Below the pieces are notes generated by a model, which did not search any database, was not told where the DNA came from, and was given only the letters and a program-made list of their open reading frames with translations. A DNA stretch of 64,000 nt from Alkalispirochaeta sp. (lineage in GTDB: Bacteria; Spirochaetota; Spirochaetia; DSM-27196; Alkalispirochaetaceae). The translations under genes and the position numbers were made by a program. Each line of letters opens with the position of its first letter. The stretch's first letter is position 1. Location of the stretch: the NCBI GenBank assembly GCA_965601925.1, contig OZ271854.1:4704001-4768000 (forward strand), read 5' to 3'. This document shows, piece after piece, positions 31,736 through 42,376 of this stretch.

Positions 31736-33205
31736 TCACTCCGGGCCGATACTACGCAACGACGCGGCCTCCAGGATATCCCCCTCTCCGATCTGATCCC
31801 GATCATCCATATCGGCCAACGTACGCGCCACGCTTCTGACGCTCGATGCGGCGCGGTCCGATAGGCCGAGTTCCTTCATCCGCTCTCCCAGCAGGGATGT
31901 CAAATGACGCGTGAGGGGCAGCAACCGGTCGACCGCCTCCGGTGGAATCAGGCCGTTGCGTCGCCACGGTCGGCCCACAGTACGTCGCCGTTGCCGCTCG
32001 ATCGCGCGACGAACCGAGAGGGCGAGATCGGCGTGTTTGGGCGAGTCCGACGAGCGCTCTCGGTAATACGTGCGAACGCGAATATCGACCCGATCCAGCA
32101 GAGCCGAGCCGAGACGCCTCCAGTATCGCTCTACCTCACGGTCGCTACACATACAGCGCGATTCCGGTCGTCCCAGCTTGCCGCACGGACACAGATTGCT
32201 GGTGAGCACCAACTGAAACTGCGCCGGGAACTCCTCGGTAAGGCCCGCTCGGCTCACGGTCACCGATCGACGTTCCACCGGCTCCCGCAACGCCTGTAGG
32301 ACGTGGGGGCGAAACTCGGCGGCTTCGTCCAGAATCATGATTCCCAGGTGCGACAGGCTCACCTCGCCCGGAAGGTGGCCCTTTCCGCCGCCGAGCAGCC
32401 CCTCCATCGACGCGCTGTGATGCGGCATTCGCACCGGCGGTCGCGATCCGCTGAGTCCGCCCTCCAGACCGCGCATGGAGTAAATCCGCGCGACTACACG
32501 AGCGTGCTCGTCCGGCATGTCGGGTAACAATGAGGAGAGTCGCCGCGCGGCCATCGTTTTTCCGCTTCCCGGGGGGCCGACGAGAAGGAGGTTATGAAAT
32601 CCGGCCGCGGCAACCGCAGACGCCCATTTTAACGCCGGCTGCCCGCGAATATCGTCGAATGAAACCGCCTCCCGTTCCCGATTCGTTTGAGCCTCGATCT
32701 CCGGTCGCGAGAAACCGCCGCGTTTCAACTCGCCGAGGGTATCGACTACCAGGAGGCCGCCGTGCGCAGCCTTACCGGCGTACAGCTCGCGCACGGCGCG
32801 ACGCGCGACCACGACGTGGGGAACGCCCAGCTCCTCGGCCGACAAGACCGCCGAGAGCGTACCCCGCACGGGTACGACATCGCCCTGTATAGAGAGCTCG
32901 CCGCTTGCCAATACGTCGCCGGGGAGGGTCACTTGTCCGCTCTGCTCCAGCACCGCCAGGGCGATCGCCAGATCGAATCCCGCCCCAATTTTGGGGACTT
33001 CCGCGGGGGAGAGACTTATGAGAATCCGCTCGGACGGGTACTCGAATCCGCTGTTCCGAATAGCGACCCGTACCCGTTCGCGCGCCTCGCGAACCTCGCT
33101 CGATGCGAGGCCGACGATATCCGTTCCCGGGAGGCCGCGTCGAATGTCGACCTCGACACGAACGGGAAGCCCCATCGCTCCGAATGGAGAAAAGCCGTAC
33201 ACCAT
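31736..33205 (-). CDS. comM: YifB/ComM family Mg-chelatase-like AAA ATPase
   Basis: EARERVR, FDLAIA, GPPGSGKT, PHHSAS, LREPVE, CPCG, LLDRVD. Confidence 0.92.
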   Translation of the reverse strand: MVYGFSPFGAMGLPVRVEVDIRRGLPGTDIVGLASSEVREARERVRVAIRNSGFEYPSERILISLSPAEVPKIGAGFDLAIALAVLEQSGQVTLPGDVLASGELSIQGDVVPVRGTLSAVLSAEELGVPHVVVARRAVRELYAGKAAHGGLLVVDTLGELKRGGFSRPEIEAQTNREREAVSFDDIRGQPALKWASAVAAAGFHNLLLVGPPGSGKTMAARRLSSLLPDMPDEHARVVARIYSMRGLEGGLSGSRPPVRMPHHSASMEGLLGGGKGHLPGEVSLSHLGIMILDEAAEFRPHVLQALREPVERRSVTVSRAGLTEEFPAQFQLVLTSNLCPCGKLGRPESRCMCSDREVERYWRRLGSALLDRVDIRVRTYYRERSSDSPKHADLALSVRRAIERQRRRTVGRPWRRNGLIPPEAVDRLLPLTRHLTSLLGERMKELGLSDRAASSVRSVARTLADMDDRDQIGEGDILEAASLRSIGPE

Positions 33206-33252
33206 GAATCCCCCTCATCGCCGAGTATGACGGCACGGGGAGGTACGACGCT

Positions 33253-33723
33253 TTAGCGAGGCTTGGACTGTGCGGCAATCGCCCGTTGAACGAGACGATC
33301 ACACGCTTCATTGTGCTCGTGGCCGGAGTGCCCGGGCACCCATGCCCAACGCGGACGCAAGCGGTCGTTGAGGAGATCCAAGGTTTTCCACAACTCGTCA
33401 TTGCGAACCGGTTTCTTGGCGGCGGTACGCCATCCGTTCCGCTTCCATCCGGTGATCCACTCGGTGATACCGCGACGGACGTATTGGCTATCGGTCATGA
33501 CGCTCACGCTCGCATTGCGGTGCCGGCCCTCTACATATTCCAGCCCCTCGATGACCGCAGTCAACTCCATGCGGTTATTCGTCGTGGCCGACCGGTATCC
33601 CGCGTCCTCGGCCAGGACCGCTCCGCGATCGGAAATCAGTCGCCACGCCCAACCCCCGGGCCCCGGATTACCGTGGCATCCTCCGTCGGTATACAAAAGC
33701 AGTCGGTCGGAATCACTGTCCAT
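33253..33723 (-). CDS. rnhA: Ribonuclease HI
   Basis: YTDGGC.GNPGPGG, TTNNRMEL, TDSQYV, GHSG..NEACD. Confidence 0.96.
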   Translation of the reverse strand: MDSDSDRLLLYTDGGCHGNPGPGGWAWRLISDRGAVLAEDAGYRSATTNNRMELTAVIEGLEYVEGRHRNASVSVMTDSQYVRRGITEWITGWKRNGWRTAAKKPVRNDELWKTLDLLNDRLRPRWAWVPGHSGHEHNEACDRLVQRAIAAQSKPR

Positions 33724-33836
33724 GTTCAACTCCCCAGTGTAGCTGCACAACGTGTCGCCCCCCAATGTACGATGCGGTAGTCGGGAAGGCGGTATGAAAC
33801 GGTGTCGTCGCGTCCGGCATGCGGTCGGTGGGCTCG

Positions 33837-36800
33837 TTACACCGCACGAGGCACGATATCGTAGCGCATCGTGAGGTCCATCAAACTATCGAAGGGGCGG
33901 GAAAAACCCACCATGAGATAGCGTCGTGCTCCGGTGTCCCTGAGCGGCAACAACAGCCAGCTATTGACCGATACCAGCTTGCTCGCGTGGCAAGTATCGG
34001 CGAAATCGCGAAAAAACGACAGGGGTCGCTTGAGAAGGGCGACACGGCGAAAGGCGACGACATTCCGTACGAGGTCGCAATCGGGCTCGAAAGAGAGACT
34101 CGAATCACACTCTTCGCTCAACCCGATCCCGAAACTACCCTGCATACGCCCGTCCGCCAACTCATCGAGTACAAGGGCTACCCTCGCGTTCCAACGGCGC
34201 GTTATCTGCACCAACTCGCGATACACTTGACGAACTCCAACGTTACCCGAATCGACTCGTATCGGAAACTCGAACCCACCGGACACGATGCGAAGGGCGG
34301 TGTCTTGATGGTCGGCGGAGGATTGTTCCGATTCGGCGTCGTCAAAAATGTCGTCAAAATCGAGATCATCGAACGCCGTTTTGAGTACATCGTCAATGCT
34401 CGACAGGTCGTGGTGCAGGAGAATCTGTTCGGCCAGCAGCTGCACGCGCTGATCGATGTCGCGGTACTCCGCAAAGTACGCCGCCGCCCGGATCTGTATG
34501 AGTCCGTCCCGCTCCTCGAACACGCTGTGCCGACGACCGGCTGAAGCAAAGAAATCCTCAATCTCCATGATATGGTGCGTTTCGGTGTTCTCGATTCCGC
34601 GCACGACGATCTCGTCGGGGAGCGTTTCCTTCCGTATCGGTACTGTCGGCGCCGGACCGTCGGTGGAAGACGGCAGGGAGTCGCGAATGCTCGATGCGCC
34701 TCCGAATGAGGAAAAGGCGCTGACAAAGGACGGAGCACCCTCACCCACCTCTTCTATGGGTAGCGCCTCGGCGGAATCGAACTGCACTTCGTCGAGCTCT
34801 TCGATGAGCTCCTCCGACGCAACGGTGCCCCGGACCGGTGAGAGGTCCTCGACGTCGACGGGTTCCAGTTCCTCCACCGGTTCGAGCGCTCCCGATCCCG
34901 GTTCATCCGACTCCGCTATCTCCTCAAGTGCTTCGAGTTCTTCCGGATCATCGACGTCGACGATCTTCGGCAATCCGAACGTAGCCTCGTCCGGGTCGAC
35001 CATGGAGGCGTCGTCGGTTTGCGCGGCCTCCTCGAGCGGCGACGACGGAGCAAAATCGAGCGCGGCACGGTCTCCGGCCGGCTCAGGGATGAGCCTTTCA
35101 TCCTCGGACAGCTCCGGAGGTGTCGTGGAGACGGGCAACCAGTCTTGGGTGCGCGAAGCGGTCGCTCCCTCGGCACCGTCCGGAGATAGGTCGGCGTCCG
35201 AGCGCACGGTGTCGGGCTCATCTCGTACGGCATATCCGGCAAGCCAATCGGCCTCGGGCACGAGCGGCCCTATCTCCTCTTCGACGACGATTTCACCGAG
35301 AAACGGTTCTTCATCGATGCCTTCGACAATACCGATCGCAAGCGTTCCACCGGAGCCGTCTTCGCCGTACTCGGTTTCTTGCGGCTCGTCGACGGGGCCG
35401 GCCTCGTATGCCTCGTCGTCGGACTCGGCATCCGCGATCTCCGCCGATACGTCGTCGACGGCGACCGCCTCGTCCAGTTCGCCGTCGACGACCTCTTCGA
35501 GTTCGTCGATCGGCTCGGCTTCGACCATCTCCTCCACCACATCGAAAAACCTCGTGGGCGCTATATCCCCGGGCGCATCGGCGAGCTCCGCGGCAAGCTC
35601 CAGGTCTGCCGTCCCTTCAAACTCGTCAAGGCCTCCGGTTTCATCAGGCCGGCCGACCTGAACTTCATCGTGAACCCGACCCTCATCGGTCTCTATGAAC
35701 TCTTCCAGTTCGTCGACGGGCTCCGCATCCTCGATCCCCTCAAGCTCGTCGATCGGTTCGGCGTCAGGTATCTCTTCCGGATCATCGACCGGCTCGACAT
35801 CCCCGACCTCTTCCAGTTCGTCGACGGGCTCCGCGTCCTCGATCTCCTCAAGCTCGTCGATCGGTTCGGCGTCAGGCATCTCTTCCGGTCCGTCGACCGG
35901 CTTGCCGTCCCCGACCTCTTCCGACTCGTCGACGGGCTCCGCGTCCTCGATCTCCTCAAGCTCGTCGATCGGTTCGGCGTCAGGCATCTCTTCCGGATCA
36001 TCGACCGGCTCGACATCCCCGACCTCTTCCGACTCGTCGACGGGCTCCGCGTCCTCGATCTCCTCAAGCTCGTCGATCGGTTCCGCGTCAGGCATCTCTT
36101 CCGGATCATCGACCGGCTCGACATCCCCGACCTCTTCCAGTTCGTCGACGGGCTCCGCATCCTTGATCTCCTCAAGCTCGTCGATCGGTTCGGCGTCAGG
36201 TATCTCTTCCGGATCATCGACCGGCTCGACATCCCCGACCTCTTCCAGTTCGTCGACGGGCTCCGCGTCCTCGATCTCTTCCAACTCGTCGGATCGATGT
36301 CGTCTCGCCGGTTGCGACGCGACGTCCGACTCAGGATGCGTCGTTGAGGAAGCCGAGAGCCTCCCGTAGCGCGACAACGTGCGCTCGATAATCGCCTCGA
36401 TTTGCTTGAGGCTGACCGGTTCGAGCTCAGCCCGTTGCGCGTCGCCGCGGGTGCCGAAGAGGTGATAGAGCTCGTCCCAATTGCGACTCATCTCTTGTTC
36501 GAGTCGCCGGCGAGACTCCTCGTTCACGCGTCCCAAGCCGCGTTGCAACTCGTTATCGATGCGTTCGCGTCGTCCGTCAAGCTCCTTCTTCCACAACTCC
36601 GGCTCGACGGCACGTCCTTCGCGCAGATAATCGCGGACCACGGCCTGTTGAAATCGACGGAACCGCTCGGCGACGATGATCGTCGGGTCCTGACGAATAT
36701 TGAGAATTAAGTAGCTCACCAAGAAGGTCGCCACGAATACCGCGGCGAGAAGAATGACACGCAGGCCGTTGTCCATATGGAGTTCGGCCTCCCGTATGAG

Positions 36801-37619
36801 CATGACACCGACCGGAACGAACTCGCTCTCCTCCCGCACTTCGACGGCGAAGGTTGCACCGATCGCACTCTCGAGGATGGGTACCGAATCGCCGCGAGCG
36901 ACCGCCGTGTCGATGTGCGACAGATCCTCCCGGTTGAAGTGGCGCGGCGCGTTGAACACCAACACGCCGCCAGGTGTTAGGCGAACGCGTTGCGAAGGGC
37001 CGATGATTCCCTGATCAACGAGGCGCGAGAAGAGGCCGCTACTACCGGCCCACGCAACGAGGACACCCCGCGGTATGGAGAAGCCGTCGACTATGGGCGC
37101 CGTTACCCGCACCCCCCCGCGCTCCGGAATCCACTCCACCCCGCGCTCTTCTTCCGGCGTTTGCGGGAGAAACAACGGCGGGTCGAGGGCCTCAACCGGT
37201 TGGTACTCGATGCTGACGTCACTACGCGACCGAATGTCCGCATCGAGTGAGCTGAACCACAACCGTCCCCGTTCATTGTCGATGATTCGTATATAGTCGA
37301 TTTCCGGGCGCGACTCCGATAACCGACCCATCAACCGAGCGCGTTCTTCCGTGTCGGTACGGCTCTGATTGATGAGAAACACGGCGCCGACGGACCGCTC
37401 GGCGGCCAGCGAGCCGATGTCGCGAAGGAGGGCGCGCGAATACTGCGCAGTGACGCCCGCGGCCTCTTCCATGAGGGCGCGCGTCGTCGATCGTACCCGT
37501 TGATTGTAAAACCGCGTATCGATGAGGTCAAAAAGCCCCGAATAGGCGGCCACGGCGAAGCCGGTGAACACAGCCGTGGCGAGAAGGAAGCTTAACAGGA
37601 CCTTTTGAAATACTTTCAT
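33837..37619 (-). CDS. Large membrane protein: two TM segments flanking an extracytoplasmic domain, then a long acidic repeat region and a C-terminal globular domain
   Basis: 1260 aa ORF; hydrophobic segments at about residues 7-30 and 285-305; D/E-rich central region. Confidence 0.8.
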   Translation of the reverse strand: MKVFQKVLLSFLLATAVFTGFAVAAYSGLFDLIDTRFYNQRVRSTTRALMEEAAGVTAQYSRALLRDIGSLAAERSVGAVFLINQSRTDTEERARLMGRLSESRPEIDYIRIIDNERGRLWFSSLDADIRSRSDVSIEYQPVEALDPPLFLPQTPEEERGVEWIPERGGVRVTAPIVDGFSIPRGVLVAWAGSSGLFSRLVDQGIIGPSQRVRLTPGGVLVFNAPRHFNREDLSHIDTAVARGDSVPILESAIGATFAVEVREESEFVPVGVMLIREAELHMDNGLRVILLAAVFVATFLVSYLILNIRQDPTIIVAERFRRFQQAVVRDYLREGRAVEPELWKKELDGRRERIDNELQRGLGRVNEESRRRLEQEMSRNWDELYHLFGTRGDAQRAELEPVSLKQIEAIIERTLSRYGRLSASSTTHPESDVASQPARRHRSDELEEIEDAEPVDELEEVGDVEPVDDPEEIPDAEPIDELEEIKDAEPVDELEEVGDVEPVDDPEEMPDAEPIDELEEIEDAEPVDESEEVGDVEPVDDPEEMPDAEPIDELEEIEDAEPVDESEEVGDGKPVDGPEEMPDAEPIDELEEIEDAEPVDELEEVGDVEPVDDPEEIPDAEPIDELEGIEDAEPVDELEEFIETDEGRVHDEVQVGRPDETGGLDEFEGTADLELAAELADAPGDIAPTRFFDVVEEMVEAEPIDELEEVVDGELDEAVAVDDVSAEIADAESDDEAYEAGPVDEPQETEYGEDGSGGTLAIGIVEGIDEEPFLGEIVVEEEIGPLVPEADWLAGYAVRDEPDTVRSDADLSPDGAEGATASRTQDWLPVSTTPPELSEDERLIPEPAGDRAALDFAPSSPLEEAAQTDDASMVDPDEATFGLPKIVDVDDPEELEALEEIAESDEPGSGALEPVEELEPVDVEDLSPVRGTVASEELIEELDEVQFDSAEALPIEEVGEGAPSFVSAFSSFGGASSIRDSLPSSTDGPAPTVPIRKETLPDEIVVRGIENTETHHIMEIEDFFASAGRRHSVFEERDGLIQIRAAAYFAEYRDIDQRVQLLAEQILLHHDLSSIDDVLKTAFDDLDFDDIFDDAESEQSSADHQDTALRIVSGGFEFPIRVDSGNVGVRQVYRELVQITRRWNARVALVLDELADGRMQGSFGIGLSEECDSSLSFEPDCDLVRNVVAFRRVALLKRPLSFFRDFADTCHASKLVSVNSWLLLPLRDTGARRYLMVGFSRPFDSLMDLTMRYDIVPRAV
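35706..36281 (-). repeat. Intragenic tandem repeat: 16 x 36 bp with a 108-bp higher-order period
   Basis: Units EEIEDAEPVDEL / EEVGDVEPVDDP / EE(I/M)PDAEPIDEL repeated five times plus one unit (576 bp). Confidence 0.95.
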
Positions 37620-38114
37620 CTTCGATCAATCAACACGTCGGGCATAGGTAATCTCCTAACAATTGTCGGTTATGGCAAGGGGCTTATTAATTGCAACCCG
37701 TCACATTACACTCCGGACTCTGCCGCTCTCTCCGACTACTACAAGTATGACGCGCATTGGACGAATATCTTCTCTACGGCGATCCAATTGGCGCGCTGTA
37801 TGAGGGTAGGGACGGGAGCGTGCCGATATGTCCTACGCGCTCTTCACGCGGTCGGCGCGTTGCCGCCGTAACGGAGGCGAGCCGAAGGGGGACGCGCGTA
37901 CAGTATGCTCCTCGATCTCGATACCAACGACACGCGCGCTCGTCCCGTGTTACAAGAGACGCTTCGGACGGCAAACACTTGTGACCGGTGCGGGCTCGCG
38001 AGATTTCGACGGATCGGCCGTCGAGGCGTCGGTTCGGCGACGCTCCGGACGACGCAGGGGCGTATCGCCGGTGAGCCGCGAATCGACGTACGACGACCGG
38101 CATGGGGAGGAGCG

Positions 38115-38975
38115 ATGGACGCAACTGAGAGGCGATCGACGGTAGCCCAAGAGCTGGTTATGCGGGCGGGACGGCGCGCGCAAGAGCTACGCGACGGTGG
38201 CGTGTCGCGGGACGTAAAGGGTCGTCACGACTTCGTTACCGACGCCGACCGCGAGATCGAGGAGACGTTACGCAGCGAACTCCACGCCTCGTTTCCCGCG
38301 GACCGCTTTCTGGGCGAGGAGACGGGAGTTCGAGAGCCCGAGGACGAACTATCCGGTAACGGCGCGGTGAATGCGTCCGATGGTACGGCGCGGGGCACCG
38401 GCCTGTGGATTCTCGATCCCGTCGACGGCACCGCAAACTTCGCCGCGGGACTCGATGTGTGGTGCGTATCCCTGGCGTGGGTGCGCGACGGTGCGGCGCA
38501 CCTTGGAGTCGTCTATGCACCCGACTGCGACGAACTGTACGTCGCGCGGCGAGGGGGCGGGACGCGCCTCAACGGACGGCCCCTCTCCATCACCGACACG
38601 ACGCCGGTAGAACACTCCCTCATTATGACCGGTCGCGGCGCGTCGCTCTCGGTGGAACACCACCTAGAGATCCTTCGACGAATCTTGGCGCTCGGGTTCG
38701 AGTACCGCCGTCTCGGTTCCGGAGCGTTGGGAATTGCACGCGTCGCCACCGGCCGAATCCAGGGATACGTGGAGCCGGCGATGTATCCGTGGGACGTTGC
38801 GGCCGCCCGTTTGGTAGTAGAAGAGGCCGGTGGGGCGCTCTCGCCGTACCCGTTCGATGCTTCGGCACAGGAGTTGGGACCGCCGGTCGTTGCGTGCCGC
38901 CGAGACCTCCTCTCGATGCTTACGACGACCGTCACCGCTCTGGATCCGATCTCCGAAACGGAGCACTCCGTGTAG
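38115..38975 (+). CDS. Inositol monophosphatase family protein (SuhB-like)
   Basis: DFVTDAD, LGEE, WILDPVDGTANF, RRLGS, PWDVAAA; SD GGAGGAG before ATG 38115. Confidence 0.92.
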   Translation: MDATERRSTVAQELVMRAGRRAQELRDGGVSRDVKGRHDFVTDADREIEETLRSELHASFPADRFLGEETGVREPEDELSGNGAVNASDGTARGTGLWILDPVDGTANFAAGLDVWCVSLAWVRDGAAHLGVVYAPDCDELYVARRGGGTRLNGRPLSITDTTPVEHSLIMTGRGASLSVEHHLEILRRILALGFEYRRLGSGALGIARVATGRIQGYVEPAMYPWDVAAARLVVEEAGGALSPYPFDASAQELGPPVVACRRDLLSMLTTTVTALDPISETEHSV

Positions 38976-39065
38976 GATCGGTGTGGCGGACCGGCCGAAC
39001 CTCGATGTGTTCCCCTCGATCGAGGCCGTCCGCTGTAACCATTCGTCGGCTACGCTCCGAGTGAA

Positions 39066-41438
39066 CTACCGGTAGTCCGGGAGCGCGATGCGTTGTCCCG
39101 GAACGATGATGGCAAACTGCTCCAGCTGAGGATTGGCCTCGAACACGTCCAGGATGTATTGAAGCCACGTTACGTCCGGCGAAACCGAGTACGGAGTACC
39201 ATCCGCGGTAGCAATGGAAGCGTCCGAGGCGCGGCGGAACAGGTCCCACGCGGTCTGTCCCGCCGCGACGGTCCACACGAACCCGTCCTGGCCGCCCTCG
39301 ATACGATAGATCGCGACCGCGCCCTCCTCGCCTCGTCGACCCTCCCGTCGATCCGAGGCCGACGGGCTCTGCGCGTTGCGCCGAGGCTCGGTGTCGGAAC
39401 GCGACGCCGCGGAAGGCTCGCCCGTCTCGATGAGAGTATCGCCGTCGCCGGATCGACGAGTGATCACCTCCCCGTGGTCGCGCCGGTTGCCGCGGACTAT
39501 GAGCACCAGCACGGATAGAAGCGCGACTCCCACCGCGACGATTGCGCGAAACGGCACCCGTCTCCCGCGCGAAGGTCGCCGCCCGCCGCCGGCCTCCCGA
39601 TCGCGAGGTCCCGTCGCGGCGTCACTCGCCGGCGCGAGGGGCGTTTGTTCGACGGCGTCGCGTGGTTTCACGTCCGTTTTGCTCGTTGTCGCGTTAGCTC
39701 GGCTCGCGTCGGCCGCGTCGAGAGCTGAAGCGGTTTCCGGCTCCGACACGCCCGTACGCGACGGTCCATTCTCCACTTCATGGGACTCTCCGCTCTCGAC
39801 GCCTTCGACGACGAGTTCCACCGGCGATGCGTCGCCGACGGATGAGGAGGGCTGCGCGGGTTCTGCGTCGGTGGGGCCGACTGCAGTCCCGCCGGTATCG
39901 TCCGCGGCGCGACCGTGCTCCTTCGGCGATGCCGGAGTCGACTCGCGGCGTTCTTCTCTCCCGGGCCGCCCCTCGCCGGATGCCTCGGGTGCCGGCGTTC
40001 GCATGTCGGGCGATACGGCCCGGTCTTTGCGTTCCGTGCGGCCCGCCTTGCTCGTTCGACCGGCACTCGCCGGACTGGGAGCGGCCGCGTCGCTCTCCCC
40101 CGCGCGGCCGGCTGCAGGCGGCCCGATCGTCTCGTCGGCGGGTGCGTCGGTATGGGTCGCCGTCTCCTCTCCGTCGACGTCGGCGCCGTCTATCCCTTCG
40201 ATGATCCGCAAGAGTTCACTCAAGTTACGATTAAAGTGGATGGTGTAGTCAGAGGTCGCCTCCTCTCCGGACGCGCCCCGGGCCTTGTACCCCGCCGCAC
40301 CGCGGCCCGACTCCGCGGAAGCCTCGATGTTCCCCGCGACCGTGCCGAGCCGTTCTCCCAAGTCACTCCGACTCTCATCGGCCGACGCCTCGGACCGCAG
40401 TCGGTCCGCATCGCCTTCTCGCGCGCCCACGGGATCCGACAGACGCGTGCCGGCGACGATGTCGGCTTCCGTTACAGGGAACGGATGTGCCGGTTGCGGC
40501 GCCCGGGAAGACGAGTCGATCGGCGCGCCGTCCCCGCGCCGATCGCGATCGCTCGTACCGTCGACGGCGAAACGGCGAGGTCGGTCGGCCTCGGCTCCGC
40601 TTTCCGGGTAAAGGGCGGCCGGGCCTCGCCGGTGCGGCGCTCCCTCGGGCGTCCCGGACGAGGGAGCTCTTTCGGTGTCGGGCGTTTGCTCGTCATCGGC
40701 CGTATCGGGGCTGCGGATCGAGCGCTCGATGGACCGTTCGGCACCGTCGGGCGAAACGGTATCGCCGATCGTCGGCTCCTCGGCGTAGTTAAACTCGCCG
40801 GACAGTGCGGCGTCGCCTTTGCGTTCCAGCTCTGCGATAATCGCCTTCAGACTGCGAAGATACGCAAGCGTGCCGGCGACGACGTTGTCCGGTAGGCGCG
40901 CATCGATACGGTACATCAAGAAGCTCAGCATCGCACGATTCTGTTCGTGTAAATCGACGCGACACATGATCATCGTGAGATATAGCGCAACCTCGGCGGG
41001 AGTGAAGGTCGATTGCACGGTCCGGATCTTCATTCCATGGCTAATCGCCCGCCGAAAGGACAGATACGCGCGACTCCCGATATCGTAGGTCACATCGGAG
41101 GGGAGCGGATGACGACTACGAAAGAGGTGCGCGCGAAGAACGTTCTCGTCGGCGAGGTCCAACCGTCCGCGCAATCGCGCAAAGAGCCGTTCGGTCGTAA
41201 CGAAGTTGCTCTCACCCAACTTCGCCGTCAACAGGAGCGCCAGGACGAGGTGTTCTTTGGGTCCCGACGGATCGGCGTACTCCTCTTCTACAATCGCACG
41301 AACGCGCGCGCGGTCCCGCCCGTCGTGGAGCGCGAGAAATGCAGCGATGCGTTCATCGAGCTGCGTACACCACTTGTGAATGTGCGCGAATGCAAAGAGT
41401 GCCTGCAGCTCGTCTCGAATTTCGTCGTCACGCGCCAT
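39066..41438 (-). CDS. Hypothetical single-pass membrane protein: helical N-domain, long low-complexity linker, TM, LysM-like C-terminus
   Basis: TM AIVAVGVALLSVLVLIV; C-terminal WTVAAGQTAWDL...ANPQL....IVPGQRIALP. Confidence 0.7.
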   Translation of the reverse strand: MARDDEIRDELQALFAFAHIHKWCTQLDERIAAFLALHDGRDRARVRAIVEEEYADPSGPKEHLVLALLLTAKLGESNFVTTERLFARLRGRLDLADENVLRAHLFRSRHPLPSDVTYDIGSRAYLSFRRAISHGMKIRTVQSTFTPAEVALYLTMIMCRVDLHEQNRAMLSFLMYRIDARLPDNVVAGTLAYLRSLKAIIAELERKGDAALSGEFNYAEEPTIGDTVSPDGAERSIERSIRSPDTADDEQTPDTERAPSSGTPEGAPHRRGPAALYPESGAEADRPRRFAVDGTSDRDRRGDGAPIDSSSRAPQPAHPFPVTEADIVAGTRLSDPVGAREGDADRLRSEASADESRSDLGERLGTVAGNIEASAESGRGAAGYKARGASGEEATSDYTIHFNRNLSELLRIIEGIDGADVDGEETATHTDAPADETIGPPAAGRAGESDAAAPSPASAGRTSKAGRTERKDRAVSPDMRTPAPEASGEGRPGREERRESTPASPKEHGRAADDTGGTAVGPTDAEPAQPSSSVGDASPVELVVEGVESGESHEVENGPSRTGVSEPETASALDAADASRANATTSKTDVKPRDAVEQTPLAPASDAATGPRDREAGGGRRPSRGRRVPFRAIVAVGVALLSVLVLIVRGNRRDHGEVITRRSGDGDTLIETGEPSAASRSDTEPRRNAQSPSASDRREGRRGEEGAVAIYRIEGGQDGFVWTVAAGQTAWDLFRRASDASIATADGTPYSVSPDVTWLQYILDVFEANPQLEQFAIIVPGQRIALPDYR

Positions 41439-41632
41439 TCCGCGAACTCTTTCACCTCCTCCCTACAGCATAAGCCAGCGGCAAAAACTCTTCCCCTTCG
41501 ATACCGATCTCGGTGATCAGCGTAGAAAGCGTTGCCGATACGCCCAAAGAGGACCATTCGGTTCGAATTTGCAATTTCGTCGTGCATGACCGAAGGTCTT
41601 ACATGGGAAGAAGTGATTCGAGGAATCCTGAT

Positions 41633-42376
41633 ATGACCGACGTGTATCCCGAATCTGAGTTTGATGCGATCGTTCGAGAGCATCGCCATATCATTCTCGA
41701 CGGCGTCTTCGGTACCGCCACTCCTATCCAAGTCGGATCGAGTATGGCGTTCGCCAGGTACTTGAGTCACGTCGGTATAACGCCGAAGAACTATCTGCTG
41801 TTCTTGAGAGTGATCGAAACCAACAACAAATGGGTCGTCGATGAACTCGTCGGAACGCGCGACCCGCGTCTCTTCTTCTCGACGATCCGTCCTAACCCCG
41901 GGCTCGTCCGTCGGGCGTTCGAGCTGTTGTCCGCCTGGCATCCCGGCCAAATCTACTCGAAGGTGCTGCTCACCGTGTTGGGAATCATCGAATACTCGTA
42001 TCACAAACCGGACGACGGATTTCGGATATATCCGATAGGGATCACCGATTTGCATAACCTGGGTAAATTTCTGGACGCAACATTGGACCAGATGGATCCG
42101 ACCAACGCCACGGTCCTCGAGATTCTCGATCGCATTACGCGGCTGGGCGAGTACGATGGGGGAACGGAAAAGATCACCATCTCCAAACACGCCTTCAACA
42201 TTCGCGATTCATTTTTCGACAACACGAAGACCTTGATGGACACGATCCCCAAAATACTACTGGTACGCCTTAACAGGGAGGAGCATGAGGTCGCTCCCTC
42301 CCGAGAATACATCGACCTCGCGGCAAAGATTGAGGCACATATCGAAACTACATCATCGGAAGGACGAAAGGCATGA
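41633..42376 (+). CDS. Unknown-family protein, paralogue A of four
   Basis: SD GAGGA before ATG; aligns by eye along its length with the ORFs at 46404, 47171 and 47980. Confidence 0.85.
   Translation: MTDVYPESEFDAIVREHRHIILDGVFGTATPIQVGSSMAFARYLSHVGITPKNYLLFLRVIETNNKWVVDELVGTRDPRLFFSTIRPNPGLVRRAFELLSAWHPGQIYSKVLLTVLGIIEYSYHKPDDGFRIYPIGITDLHNLGKFLDATLDQMDPTNATVLEILDRITRLGEYDGGTEKITISKHAFNIRDSFFDNTKTLMDTIPKILLVRLNREEHEVAPSREYIDLAAKIEAHIETTSSEGRKA

Noticed and set aside
35706..36281. 36-bp periodic repeat as a CRISPR array
   Set aside because: The units are contiguous and in frame, have no unique spacers, encode an acidic peptide, and no cas genes are nearby.
37620..38114. Riboswitch or small gene in the 495-bp intergenic region (GGCAAA seen near 37970)
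   Set aside because: The rest of the c-di-GMP-I consensus is missing and the short ORFs show no motifs; an Rfam scan would settle it.
41440..41632. Sigma54 promoter for the novel locus
   Set aside because: The candidate TTGC/ATGC motifs lack GG at the required 10-nt spacing on either strand.
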